Virus record (IMG/VR): IMGVR_UViG_3300025608_000722
Span: 15,933 to 79,932 of that record
DNA: 64,000 nucleotides
DNA from: a virus
Lineage: Duplodnaviria > Caudoviricetes
Reading direction: 5' to 3' (one strand)
The notes under the pieces: model-generated
Databases searched by the model: none
Seen by the model: only the letters and a program-made list of their open reading frames with translations
Told to the model about the DNA's origin: nothing
Program-made: the position numbers and the translations under genes
Shown here: positions 26,748 through 40,200 of the stretch, one piece after another
Layout: the number at the start of each line of letters is the position of its first letter
Position numbering within the stretch: position 1 is the stretch's first letter

Positions 26748-28578
26748 CTAAAACGCCCGGAGTTAGGTCTTGCACATATGTCCATACTCCTCCTACTACT
26801 CTATACAGTTTTAACGAACGCTGTACAGTTGAACTAATCGAACCAGTAGCATCGTTAAACGTTGCACTGTTGATTACACTTACCGATCCGTTATCATTTC
26901 CGCCAATATCTAGTGCTTGTACAATAGTTGTTGATTCATTAAACGCTGTATCTAGCGCAGAACCGGTCAATGTAGCTGTAGCACCTGTTGTGGTTGTGCA
27001 GTGTATTCTTGCTTCCGTATTGTTTTGTTTATTTGCTGCCGGTGCAATATCATTTAAGATAATACCAACATTAGTATTAAGTTGTGCGCCTGATCCTAAT
27101 CCAGTAATATCAAGTGTTAACGGAATTACTTCTAAATTAATCTGGCTATCAACATAATTTTTTGTAGCAACGTCTTGTGGTGCAACTGGTTCTGCTACAT
27201 TTCTAATTTTTCTACTAGTAACAAGATTTAAATCGCCAGCAAGTGTTATATTTAAACCATTACCGCTACCGTCAACTGCATTAGTAACAACAGAAATGCC
27301 GCCTGGGAAACTAATATTTCCGATTGCAGCCGAAGTTAGTGTACCTAACTGTGTAATACCACTTGCATTAGAGCCAGTAATAATATCAACACCATTAAAT
27401 TTAAGTGATCCTGCGCCTGTAATATCAATACTTGTATTTGATGTCCATGCATTAGTTGCATTGCGCCATAAAAATTCTTTATTACCATTTAATGATTTAA
27501 CAATAATACCAGCTTGATCAACTTGTGCATCTGTTAGTAGTGTACTATCACCTGCATCGGCAAGTGTAATACTTTTATCTTTAACAACAAGTTCTTCAGT
27601 TCCAATAGTAACTGTATCGCCATCTACTATAAGACTTCCGGATACTCTCATGTCGCCGCCAACATCTAATGTATATGCCGGTGCATCATTGTAGATACCA
27701 ACACGACTAGTTTGTGATTTAACGCTTATTGCATTTTGAATACCTGCACTATTACGCATTTGAATAGTATAGTTTTGATTCGAAATTTCATTTAGTGCAA
27801 CTACACCTTGGCTAGTTACTTTTAAAACATGGTTTTCTGATAATCCAACAGTAAGTCCGCCGTTATTTCTAACAATTAATGATCCAGTAGTTGTATCATC
27901 ACTATCACTTGCTAAGAACTGACCTGCTCCGCGTTCTACTCCTGCATCATCAACTAGTCTTCTAGTATTGTTTGCTGTGCCAGCAAAAACAAAATCACTA
28001 TCAACTACGTTAAATCCTTTAACTACGTTTCCGCTAAACCCAGGAATTGTATCTACGTTTTGCGGAGTGAATCCAATTTTACTCCATAGTCCAACTAGTG
28101 AGCCGCCAACCCAATACTTAACAATAGTTCTACTTGTACCTGTGTTATCAAGTACAGTAATAACCTGTGGACCCGAACGTCCTTGGAAAGCGTTATAAAT
28201 CGGTCCTGCTAATTCTAAATCAGTACCGTCAAAAAAGTAGAGTTGGTTAGAATCGTTGTTAATCCAAAGATCACCTGCAACCATTACTGGCTGGGTAGGT
28301 TGTACAATCGGGCCGCCGCCTGTTGTCCAAGCAGTTCCTGTGTAAACTTTTAATCTTGAAACAGATGAATCCCACCATATTTGCCCTGATAGCGGATTAA
28401 CAGGTGCCGATGAACCTGAAAAGTTTTCTAATAGTCTTACAAAGTTTTCATTAAACGCTTCACCAAATCCTGAATAGCCTTTTCCTACTAATGTAATATC
28501 AGTAGTCGAAGCGTCAATTTGACCGTCTGCAAGATTAACTAATAATGCTCCGTTTGTTTTATTAATTTGATATGCCAT
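26743..28578 (-). CDS. Tail fibre protein with shared N-terminal anchor
   Basis: Same N-terminal domain (MAYQINKTNG...NENFVRLLENF); IRNVAEPVAPQDVATKNYVD trimeric stalk motif. Confidence 0.7.
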   Translation of the reverse strand: MAYQINKTNGALLVNLADGQIDASTTDITLVGKGYSGFGEAFNENFVRLLENFSGSSAPVNPLSGQIWWDSSVSRLKVYTGTAWTTGGGPIVQPTQPVMVAGDLWINNDSNQLYFFDGTDLELAGPIYNAFQGRSGPQVITVLDNTGTSRTIVKYWVGGSLVGLWSKIGFTPQNVDTIPGFSGNVVKGFNVVDSDFVFAGTANNTRRLVDDAGVERGAGQFLASDSDDTTTGSLIVRNNGGLTVGLSENHVLKVTSQGVVALNEISNQNYTIQMRNSAGIQNAISVKSQTSRVGIYNDAPAYTLDVGGDMRVSGSLIVDGDTVTIGTEELVVKDKSITLADAGDSTLLTDAQVDQAGIIVKSLNGNKEFLWRNATNAWTSNTSIDITGAGSLKFNGVDIITGSNASGITQLGTLTSAAIGNISFPGGISVVTNAVDGSGNGLNITLAGDLNLVTSRKIRNVAEPVAPQDVATKNYVDSQINLEVIPLTLDITGLGSGAQLNTNVGIILNDIAPAANKQNNTEARIHCTTTTGATATLTGSALDTAFNESTTIVQALDIGGNDNGSVSVINSATFNDATGSISSTVQRSLKLYRVVGGVWTYVQDLTPGVLV

Positions 28579-28581
28579 TTA

Positions 28582-30663
28582 TTAGCCCCCAACTCCTGTA
28601 TAGATAATATATTTGACTGTTAGGAACGGGTTCATAACATTGTATGGCGTACCTAGTTCAGTAACATCGAATGTTTCGTACTCTTCAAGTCCTGTGTTTG
28701 CATTATAAGTAATGTTTCTTCTGTTTAGAACACCGCCTGATGAAGTACGTGCCTGACCCGCTTGCGATCCAGTTGGAGCATCATAAGGAATAGTATCAGC
28801 ATCCTGTTGTACACCACTATCGTCAAGTATTACATAGAACTGAGCACCTTTTGGTGATCTTAAGTCATGTTCGTGTTCTGGTAAGTTTTTAACATCAATA
28901 ACTCTGCTTTCAACACCTGAACCAAGACCAACTGTATCAGCGTTAACGTCTGAAACTCTATTAGCACTTGTGCCGCCCATGTTGTCAGCACCAAGCGGGA
29001 ATCTACCTCTTAAATCAGGTAGTCCAAAAAAGCCTGACGTAACCTGACTTTGATCTTTGAATTGATAAAGAACTGTGTTGTACAGTGTTAAATAATCTGA
29101 AATTCTAACTTCAGAGCCGTCACACAATAACCATCCAGTTGGCACATTAATACCTGCAAACGGCACAATAGTAGCAACTGGAATAACCGGAACACTACTT
29201 ACTAGTGCTTGTTGACTGATTTTAAACACGCCAGTATTATCACCAGAGATTCTGTTAATAATAATTTCATCGTCTGCATTTGGTACTGTCGTTAATTGCT
29301 TATTAGCAATAAAGGTATTACTAATTGATGTTGTAAATGTTTTAGATGTTCCGCCTACTTGTCCGTCAAATGTAATTTGATTAGAACTTACATCTCCGGA
29401 AATTTGGAAAGTTGTAGCACTAGTTAATTTGTTTGCGTTTGTAGCGCCGCCTGTTACTGTACCAGTAATGTTACCAATTAAATTTCCTCTAAATTCAACA
29501 GCATTTACAGATGCCCATCGTTTTTCGGAACTGCCCAGTGAATATGTTTGTGTTGCGGCAGGTAAAATTGATCCTGTTGTACTATTGCCAGCAACATTTA
29601 AATCTGTTCCAACAAATAGCTTTTTAGCAATACCAACGCCGCCGCTGATCTTAACAGCACCTGTTCCAATACTAGCACTGTCAGTAGTACCTTGAACAAT
29701 TAAGTTTGCACTTGTTTGGATTGATCCTGCTACATCTAATGCTTCTGCAGGACTTAATGTATTAATACCTACTTTTTCTGTTGAGTCAATTCTAATTACG
29801 TTTTTCTGCACACCCAAATTATTAACTTTAAAATCAATCGGTGCACCTGATGTTAAGTTTGTAATGACTCCTGAAGTACCTTGTACATCAAAAGTTACAC
29901 TTGCTGTCTGTCCGACTTGTAAACCTTTGTTATTACTAATAATAATTTGTTGATCTGATGTACTTGTTTTATCACTTCTTAAAAACTTAGTAGCATTAAC
30001 TACTTCTCCGCTTACAATAAGATTTTCAGCTTTCTCACTTACACCTAAATATTTGCCGATGCCGGAGCCGCCAATATTTGCAGATGAAAGATTTAGTCCT
30101 GGCTGAATAATTGTAAATCCTGCGATTGTACTTTTTGGTTGGAAGGTTTTAGTACTATAAATTGCTACAGGTTGCCCTGCTACTTCGATTTGCAAAATAG
30201 TATATAATACTTCGTCTTTACCTGTTACTACTACTGGCTTCGCACCTGTTAGCAAACCATCACTGTATTCTGGTCCAACTAGTGTCCAACCCGAGCCTGT
30301 AAAAATATACAGCTGATTGTTATCAGTATCTGACCATAAATCTCCAGTTAATGCATTTGCAACATCTGGTGCGGTATTTCCTTTTTTCAATCCACTTGCA
30401 TTAACCCATCCAGTACCATCGTAAATTTTAAGAGTATCGATACCTACTGAAGTGTCATACCATAGTTGTCCCTGAATTGGACTTCTAGGTTCATTAGCGT
30501 TTGCAAAGTTTTCTAATAATTTTAAAAAGTTTTCTGAAATAACAGAACCATAACTAGTTGTATTACGACCTGGAAGATCTAAACTAGTTTGCTGATTAAT
30601 TGTACTATCTTCAATTGAAATAGTACCTTTGTTAGAATCTGAATAGTTAATTGTATATGCCAT
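28582..30663 (-). CDS. Tail fibre protein with shared N-terminal anchor and C-terminal tail-collar domain
   Basis: MAYTINYS...ENFLKLLENF; IPVATIVPFAG...GWLLCDG...LPDLRGRF collar; HEH motif; NPFLTVKYII C-terminus. Confidence 0.8.
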   Translation of the reverse strand: MAYTINYSDSNKGTISIEDSTINQQTSLDLPGRNTTSYGSVISENFLKLLENFANANEPRSPIQGQLWYDTSVGIDTLKIYDGTGWVNASGLKKGNTAPDVANALTGDLWSDTDNNQLYIFTGSGWTLVGPEYSDGLLTGAKPVVVTGKDEVLYTILQIEVAGQPVAIYSTKTFQPKSTIAGFTIIQPGLNLSSANIGGSGIGKYLGVSEKAENLIVSGEVVNATKFLRSDKTSTSDQQIIISNNKGLQVGQTASVTFDVQGTSGVITNLTSGAPIDFKVNNLGVQKNVIRIDSTEKVGINTLSPAEALDVAGSIQTSANLIVQGTTDSASIGTGAVKISGGVGIAKKLFVGTDLNVAGNSTTGSILPAATQTYSLGSSEKRWASVNAVEFRGNLIGNITGTVTGGATNANKLTSATTFQISGDVSSNQITFDGQVGGTSKTFTTSISNTFIANKQLTTVPNADDEIIINRISGDNTGVFKISQQALVSSVPVIPVATIVPFAGINVPTGWLLCDGSEVRISDYLTLYNTVLYQFKDQSQVTSGFFGLPDLRGRFPLGADNMGGTSANRVSDVNADTVGLGSGVESRVIDVKNLPEHEHDLRSPKGAQFYVILDDSGVQQDADTIPYDAPTGSQAGQARTSSGGVLNRRNITYNANTGLEEYETFDVTELGTPYNVMNPFLTVKYIIYTGVGG

Positions 30664-31274
30664 TATTCATTAAACCCCGATAAACTTTGTACACGCACAG
30701 TGTAATCAATTTGAATCAGTCTATTCAAACTTTTTTGTACTGGGTGGAAAATAACATGTGTTAATAGCCTACCTTGTCCTGTCGAATTATAACTTACTAA
30801 GCCTAATTCATCAAATACATATAAACTATCTGCATTAGTAGCATTATCTACAGCATCTTGACCACTTGGTTCACCGTAGTCTAACAAACAGGTTACAAGA
30901 ATATCTGTGTAATTTGTACCACTAACGTGTCTTGATTCAATTTTGTTACGAGCAGGGTCGGTGTTGTTTACACTTCTATCATCAACTACTTTAATAAATG
31001 TTTGGTTATAAAGACTAGCATTAGTACCCGTACTGTTAGGTGTAAGGTATGTAATAATTCCAGTTGGGTCAATGCTTGTGCCGCCGTTGCCAAATGCCAT
31101 TTGGTATATAAATCCCTGTCCTGCATTAGCTAAACTTTCTGCAAGTGAGATACTCATATTTTCGTAATGGATTGCATTACGCTTATCTACAATGACCTCG
31201 CCCGTTTCTGGATTAGAAATTTTAATGTGTCCTTGGAGCATAACTCCGTTATCTTCTTTTATGTTATCCATCAT
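30663..31274 (-). CDS. Baseplate/tail-fibre attachment structural protein (putative)
   Basis: GHIKI...NAI, FGNGG, FDELGL, THVIFHPVQKS..R...IDY pattern; lies between the giant baseplate gene and the fibre genes. Confidence 0.55.
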   Translation of the reverse strand: MMDNIKEDNGVMLQGHIKISNPETGEVIVDKRNAIHYENMSISLAESLANAGQGFIYQMAFGNGGTSIDPTGIITYLTPNSTGTNASLYNQTFIKVVDDRSVNNTDPARNKIESRHVSGTNYTDILVTCLLDYGEPSGQDAVDNATNADSLYVFDELGLVSYNSTGQGRLLTHVIFHPVQKSLNRLIQIDYTVRVQSLSGFNE

Positions 31275-31294
31275 ACCTTTTTCCTATACTGTAT

Positions 31295-34200
31295 TTATTT
31301 GGGTAGCTCCACCTTTTCCGCCTTAAAGAAACGTGCTACTAAAGTTTCTGAATCAAATAGTGTAATTCCAGGTGTTTCTGTCCAAAGAGTACCTTGACGT
31401 CTTACAATTTGAATTTTAATTCCTTCTGCTGGTGTATTTAACATACTTACAAAAGGTGTTGTACCGTCTACACTATATTCTGCTGTTAATGTAACATCTG
31501 CTTCTGGACTATCTTGATCGCGTGTGTGGTCAAAACTTTGTATTGAATTCTTACGCAATCTACGGCCGCCTACAAATACTTCAAACTCGTTAACATTTGT
31601 TGGTGTAAATCCAAGTTCAAATGTATTAGTTGTACCGTCTGCTACAATTTCATCAATGATAGTTTTATCAGCATACGGTGCTGTTTGCAATTGACTTGCA
31701 TTGTATACGTCACTACCAATTAAATGTTCTGTCGGAACTCCGGTACCTAATGTACCTCTTTGAATTTGTTTTAACGTATTGCCGTCTTTGATTAGATATT
31801 CAATTCTTTCGCCGTTAACAAAAATAATTCCTGGAATCTTACTATTCTTATCTGGTGCGCTTAGGCCGTCTGCATTATCTAATACAATTTGTTTATCAAA
31901 TGTAAGTAATGGTTCTGCAAGTTTATAAGATTGAACATCACCTAGGCGCTTATAAATGTTTCTATTAAGAATATCTTTAAACTGGCTGAATCCAAACTTA
32001 GGTGTAATTTGTCCTGTTGCACTAAACTGTATTACTTCAACAACATCGTTGTCTACAAAACTTTGCTTATATCTTATATACTGCTTGTCTGTAGTTAATG
32101 TGTAGTCTACACTAGGTGTTTGTAAAACACCATTTACTGTTAACCAAACATACTGTACTTCTACTGCTGGATATCTAAGTTTAATTAAACCATTCTTAAC
32201 ATGGTTAAATTGGATATAATCTTCAGTGCCAACAACTAAAGTTTCTCTTGCAACGATGTCGTAATTAATTCTTTCAAAGCCCATGCTATCGTGTTTGTTA
32301 AATGTATACACAGTTAATTTTTCACCTATCTCAGGAGCAACTTTAAGCTGTAATGTATTACCGCTGTCAACCCAAGTATTTTGATTATTAATTTGTTGTA
32401 TACTTCCGAACGCATAATCGCCGTCAGTAACAATATATGCTTCAAGTATGTCGCCATCATTACCAATGCCTGGTTCTAGGATAACACTACTATTTGAAGG
32501 TCTAATATTATATTCAACTGCAATCGTTAATTCTCTACCGTTTAACACAAATAATACGTCTGATGCATCAAAACTACCAACCGGAGTTTGCCATATTTCT
32601 AAGAAGTATTCTCTTTGTGCTGTTCTAACATTAAACTGCTGATTGAATCCTGGATTTAATAGCCTGTTTCCTTGCTTTACAATAACATTGTGACTATTTG
32701 GAATAGCACTATATGGAGTTTTTGTTAAATCAAACAACTTAGTACTTCCGTCACCTGTAAATTCTTCAACTGCAATTTTACTAAACGAATCTGTCGTACT
32801 GTATACAAAGTAACTAACAAGGCTTTGATCCTTTGGAGCAGAACCAAATAGTATTTGAGCCTTTTCATTGTCGTCAATGAGTACAGCCTCTACTTCTTTT
32901 CCGTCAACTGTTACATAAAAATCTAAATCTTTAGTGTATTTTGCTTTAGTTGTAAATGCAGTAGTACTACCATCTGCAACATACTGGCCTTCTTCTAATA
33001 AATCTTGTCCGTTTCCACTGATACTTACAATGTTTACTAATGTTCCAATAGTAGGCACACTGCTAAACGTAACTGTCTTGTTTTTATAATTTACAGTGTA
33101 ATTAGTTGAAGATTGTATTACCGAATCAAGTTTTACAATTAGTCCTTGACTATTTTGTGGTTGGATTCCAAAGTCAAACATAGAATTAATTCCGTCAGCT
33201 CTATAAGAATTACTAGATAGTACACTTCCTCCAGCTTCTGGTCTATGGAATACTCTGATATCAACAGCATCTAAAATCTGCCCAGGTACTTGTTCCTCAG
33301 TACCTTTACTTGTTGTAGGTGTTACAAAACTGTCACCATCAACAATAATTTCTTCAGGATTAAATCCTCTTGCAGTATTAAACTGTAAGTCTCCACCGCT
33401 TAAAATAGTATCATAAGATCTCGGATCTGGTAAGAAACTTCCGTCTGAAGTTGTTTTTCTAAATACTAAAATATCGCCGGAACTTAATGGGATAATGTCC
33501 TCATCAAATACAATAATAGTATCTTCTACTACATCACCGTCATCTGTTATAGCAATGCCTGTTTGTCCTGCTCCAGTAATACTTGCAATCAAAGCATTTG
33601 GATTAGTTGGATTGCTTGGATAGTTAGGATCATCAATTCTTACACCATTTTTATAAACATTATAAACTATTCCTGTTTCTAGCGGAGAAGCAAAAGTTAA
33701 TATTCTTGTGCTATCGTCGCCGAACTGGAATATTTCATCTTCGAACGTTGTATCAAATGTATCGTATGTTGATGTAAACCAACCATCGGAATCCCAACCT
33801 GATCCGCCGCCAAAATCAAAGCTAGTTACTTCAACTCCGCCGTAATCAACGCCTTGCAATAATTGTCCTAGATCATTGCCGTACATTCCTGTATTTGGAT
33901 TGTAATACAAATTAATTCTATCTTGTGCTTGCAATAAGTCAGGTGCTTTATTATATTTTACAACCACTTCTCTGTTAGCAGCCAATGCATTTGTAAATGT
34001 AATTCTACCAAAGTATCTTGTATATCCCTTTGTAGTATCCTTAACATTAGAGAAAGAATACTCACTACGTAGTGATTCAAGTCCATCAATGGTAACTGTA
34101 ATTTGTGTAGTTTTTAATTCCATTGGCCATTTTAAATCAATTGTTAACTGATCTAATGTAGTTGCAAATGTTTCTGTCTCATTTAGCGTCTGGAATAAGT

Positions 34201-37200
34201 ATGTTTTTGTTACTCTATCAAACTTACATCTAATGTGTGCAGACCTTGCTTTACCATTTCCTAATACCGGACTTAGTCTTGCCGCTGTACCGTCATCTTC
34301 CAACGATCCAATTACTTCAATTGTTGGCTGTGACAGATATCCGCTACCTGGATTGGTTACTAATACACTTGTAATCTTTCCATCGCCGACAAATGCCTGA
34401 GCTGTTGCGCCTGTGCCGCCGCCGCCAGTAATTAATAGTTTAGGAGCACCTGTATAACCGCTACCAGATTCAGCAATATTAATTTGTGTTACTTCAAATC
34501 CAACATTATCTAGCCAATGTTTGCTAGGATAAACTGCTGTATTAGAAACACCTGCTATAATCTCATTATTAACAACTTGAACACTTTGCGGAATAATTCT
34601 TCCTTCTGCTTCATTATATACTGGTGCTAAATCAAAATCAGTAACTACGTTGTTAGCAGGATCAATCTTTTCGTATGATGAAATATATTCTCTAATTTTA
34701 GTTTTATAAGGCTTCATTTCTTCAACATAAGATTCATAACTAGATAAGTTGTCATTTTGGAAAGTAACTTTTTGTTCTAGTTCACCAACATTGTGTTTTG
34801 CTTTTACAAAACTTGTTTTGAATGCCCAATCAACATTTGGTTGTTCGCTGAATACATATCTCAAACCTGCAAAGAACATTTCGTTCCAATGTATCTGTAA
34901 TTGATCAATAAAGATACTGTCTCTAAGAATAGTAATTATTTTTCTAAATTCAGCAACAGGTTCTGTATCATAGAATATTTTATCAAAACTTGCACCATCA
35001 TATGCAACATTATCACTTGTTACATCATAGAGGGAATCAAGCAACTCAATTGTACCACGCTCTCTACCAATAGTTTTATAGTTAACACTATAATCAACAC
35101 TATCTTGATTATCAACTTTTTCTAATAACAACCAGCCGCCTGATCCTACGTTACTGATTTTAATTACATCGCCTATATTATCTTCAAGACCATAAATCTG
35201 ATAACTTCCGTCGAGGGTATAATTAATTAATGTAAACTGATTGTATCCACTAGCATACCAATCTTTATATGTCCAATAAAGATTTACATCATAGCTTTGA
35301 GTAAGTACTCTCTGCCAATCGCCTGATATGTATTGATATACACTCCATTTTCCATTAATAGTTTCGTCACTCTTAACCAATACTGCAAAATTCCTAACAG
35401 AAATTTTAACATTATTTGTATAGTTTTTGCCAGCATTAATAATTCTAACATCACTGATGCCGCCATTAGCATTTAGAGTAAATTCTAACTCGCCTTCAGT
35501 TCCTAATGTATCTGTAATATTATACGTTGGTGGATTGATATATCCTTGACCTGCATCATTAATTAATACATTAATAATTGTACCATTTTCAATTTCAAGT
35601 TGCAAACTAGCAGGTCTAACTTTAGCAATACTTACAAATCTTAATTCTGCATATGAGTCTGAAGTAGTATCATATATGCCAGTTGCAATAGTTGGCAATG
35701 GATCGCTGTCTGTTAATTTTGATAAATCAAATTCGTCAACAATTAAATTTTCTGCTAATACTTTATTTGCACGTTCAACAAATTGTTTTCTTGCTTCAGT
35801 TTTATTAATAAACCAACTCTGTCTAGGCTCATTAAGAGATCCGTATTTTTGCTTAACCGGAAGATTAATATCAGGTACCGGTCTGTCGTTAATATCAAAT
35901 CCTACTAAACTATCAATCCATTTTTGTTCAATAACACTATTCGGACGACTTGTTTCCAATCCGTCACTAATTAATTGATATTGAATGTGTGTATTTTGCT
36001 CTTGATTATCAATAGTCCACCAGTTAAAGCTGATTGCTACATCTTTATCTTCGATTAATGATTCACAGTTATAAATTGCAAATCTATTATTTCCTAAGAT
36101 TGCAACAAATTTAATATTTGAATTTTCTGGATTAGCAATTATTCTTGAAACAGATCTTGCTGACAATTTTCTAGTTTCGATTGCTGGTATTGTTGCTTTA
36201 TCTTTTACCCAGTAATAATAATAAGTTGTGAATGTTTGCGATGAACTATTATACTTACGTCTAACAGAATATACAGCATCTCCATATTTACTTGTGCCAC
36301 TAATACCTTTAGCAAGACCTGCTTCTGTCTCTGCTTGTCTATCCCACTCGCTTGGTCTTAGTGTAGTTTCAACCCATTCGTATACATCAACAGTAGTACC
36401 AGTATATAATTTGTTAAAGTTTGCAGTTGCTTCTGTGATATCTCCTTGATGGTGATTAATAAATCTAGCACTATCAATGTCCCACCACAATTTACCAACC
36501 CACTTTGTGCTTGTGTAATCTAATGCTTGCGCTGTTACATCTGTATTAGTTGATATAGAATACCTTGCAGGATCGTAACTAGTTTTAAAAGATATTTCCT
36601 GTTCAGCTACACCTGCAATTTTTCCTTGAATAGGATCAATATAGTCAAGGTATGCAACCAAACTGTTATCTATTTTATTATAAAGATACACACCTTTAAA
36701 CTTACTAAGGTCTGCAGGTAGTACAGGTGATGATACAATTGTCCAGCTTGTTGAATTTGCCGGTTTTCTAAATTCTGCAACTACGCCTTTATCGACAGTA
36801 TTATTTGTTGTAACTGTTTGATCTGGTAATCCAAGATATATATGGTTATTACTAACTTTAACAATATTTCCAAAATTTTCAGTATCTCTATCATATGAAA
36901 AGTCTTGTCCATATAGTAGCGTATCATTTATTGTTTCATATATTGATACTAATCCGCTATCATTATCAACAGTATTAAATTTAGTTGCATCGCCGTCAAA
37001 TGTTGTTACTTGAATATCAAATGTAGTATACTTAACAATGTCGCCGCCTTTAGAAGTAATAGCAAGAGTATTACCATCAAAATCTAGTTTAAATCCAAAT
37101 TGTGTATTAGCTGTTAAATCTTTAGGACGAAGTGTTTGACTAAAAGTGTATGTACCATCTTTTAATATGTAAATGTAAACTGCTCCACCATTAAGTGAAA

Positions 37201-40200
37201 TGTCGCTGTTAAGAGGTGCACCGACTGCAATTTTTTTACCATCGTTCGAAACTGCTATTGAATTTCCGAAATTTTCAGTTAAGTTAAACGGCTCTAATAA
37301 CTGACTGTACACATACTGATCATTTACTAGTTTGTAAACTACAACTTTTCTATTAGGAATACTACTATCGTCTGGATTTGTGTATCTAGCAGTTAATACT
37401 AATACTTCGCCCACTGAACTAGTATCAAACTCTTCGCCAATTTCTTCTAAAAATTGTTGTTCTAATGTACTTTCTGTAATAGAATAATTAGTATCATTAG
37501 GAACATAACCTAATAAGTCTACTCCTGAATTAATCTCTGTCCATTGTGATAGACTAAATGCTCCAGGTGTTATATTAGTTTTGGCTTCGTAAATAGAATC
37601 TCCAAATCTTACATACTCGCCGTCAAAGTAAGTAGCATTAACACTATGCATGCCTCTATACAAAGGCTCAATACCTAAATTCCAATCTTCATTGTCGTTC
37701 TTATCAAAGAAATATATCCTACCTTGGTTAGTTTCGGTGTTATCTCCTTTAGCAAGAACAAATAATCTGTATGACGTAGGTGATTTTTGTACAATTTTAC
37801 AAGTTGCTCCTAATCTTCTAAAGTGATCAGAATTTGGAACAGTGTAATAACTAACAAGTTCATATATAGATCCTGTTTTTTTGTAAATTGCAAAAGTACC
37901 TTCAGAATCATTTCCACTACTGTATCCTGATGTTGTTACAGGAATATTATAAACTCTTGTCCAATCTAAGTTTAATGAAGACGGACTTTCTGCTGTTTCT
38001 AAAATACCGTCGATTGTATTTGAACTATATTGCCAGTATTCTAAATCTCTCAAATATGTTTGATTAGCCGGAACTGGAATATTAGCACCTGTGTCAATAA
38101 CAATTAATCCACCGTTGATTGAATTTTCAAGATGGCATGCATTAATAGGTCCAATTGTTCTTAATGTTGAATCGTTTTCAATAAACTGTGCTGAAGAGTT
38201 TTGACCATAATCGCTACCAAACGCCCATTGTCCTGATTTATTCTTTAAGTAAATCTTTGCTACACCAAACGCACGTTCAATCCAAGCAACTTCTGCGGTT
38301 TCGCCAGTTGCGCTATCAATAAGTTCTGTACCTACTACTGGAATAAAAGGATTACCCGACAAGTCAAAATTTGTTAATCTAACTTCGAGCCAACCGTTCC
38401 ACTTGTCAACTACAGTGTGTGTTGAATTATTAAGATAGTTAAAGCTCAAACCTAATACAGGTTCCGGATCTTGAACTGCACCATTTACTCTAATTTGGTT
38501 TAGCCAAAATCTAACTTCGTCATTAACTGAAGTATTAGTATAATGTGATGCAGATGTTCTAAACCACCATCTACTATCAATTAAATTTGTGCCGGTTTGC
38601 CCTTGTTGATGAGAAAGTACACCAATCTCTGAAGGGAATGTAGGTGTAGTAATATTCGCTAGTTGTTTAACATCTAAAATGTTTGTAAAAATTGAATTAG
38701 CTCTTAATTCGTTTTCTAGTTTAATATCAGTAACTACTAAATTTGCGTTTGTTTCTACAAGTTCAGTTGTACTAAATTCCGAACCTACATTAATATGCCA
38801 CCATCCTGAATGATAGTTGTCTGTAATTTTTAATTGTCTTTCATAATCACCAACTAGCACACCGTTTTGGTAAATTGATCCTGTATCTAAAAATGATCCG
38901 TTTAGATTATTTAAATAGATAGTCATTTGATTTTCATCATTTACATAACGATAAACAATTGTAGCTTTTGCAGTATCGGTTGTAATATCGCTTCCGGCTG
39001 ATGGAATAGATAATGCACTTTGAATATGTACAACAGCTTCTACTTTATGAACAATTTCGTGGCTACCATTAATAAATGCTTCATTTAAAACTGCATCTCC
39101 ATTAAATGGTGCAATACCTGCGGCTGTTGCTGTTGTATACCTATTCCATTTTAATTCAAGAACGTCTCCGGGCTTAGTTCCTTCAAACTGCTCAGTTTGC
39201 GCTCTAATTAGAATGTGATCAGCTGGTGCATCTTCAATAGTATAATTTCCTCTGACCATATATTCAACATCAGGATAAGATTGATCATTACTGTCGTATT
39301 CATCAATTTTACTCTGTTGATTTGATGCATGGCTCAAGAATTGTTGTATTGTATCAGCATCTTGAACTTTTCTAGATTTCCATAACTGTGATCTATACAA
39401 CACAATATCATTAATATTGTATGCTACAGTATTTTTATAATCACCTCTAAATTTACTTTTTACATTAGATGCGTTAGGCGATCCTACAGCAATATATTGA
39501 CCGTCTGGTGATATTGAAACACTTGATCCAAATCCGCCACCAGAATCAAATAGTCCTGTAAATTCGTCAATTTGTTGTCTAAGACCAAAGTCTGTATTAT
39601 CGCTAGGTCTAGCAAATACATAAACACTACCATTTAGGTCTTTAGGTGCCGAAATTGCTATTGTATTATTGTTAGTCGAAACACTAATGTCAGAACCAAA
39701 ATCTTTGTCAGTACTATCCAATAGGCCGGCTGTAACATTCTTAATATCTGGTTTTAATTCATATACTTGTTTATTCTTTAAAACAATCCACTGACCTGTA
39801 TCATCGTCATCTACCCAGATAGTATCAGTAATAGATGTTTCACCTGTTAGCGAGAATGTTGCAGGAGCATCAATAATAGCGTTTGCGTCGGAAAGTCTTG
39901 ACAATCTAACTGGTTTAAAGAATGTAACATATCCTTTAATATCATCTAACTCTGTTGATTCGCCTTCAGTTGACAATACAATTTTATTAAGATTAATTTC
40001 TGCAATTTTATAAAAGCCGTCTGTAGTTGCGTCAGTATCGACAATACCGATAATATCTCCAACAGCAAATTTTGTTTTACGGTTAAGAGTAATAGTAAAC
40101 TGGCCGCTTGAAGTTGCAGTTACACTTTTAATTACAAAGTTTGTTGTATCGTGTTTATACACTCCCCATGTTTGCTGACTTTTATCGTTAGCTGTCCAAA

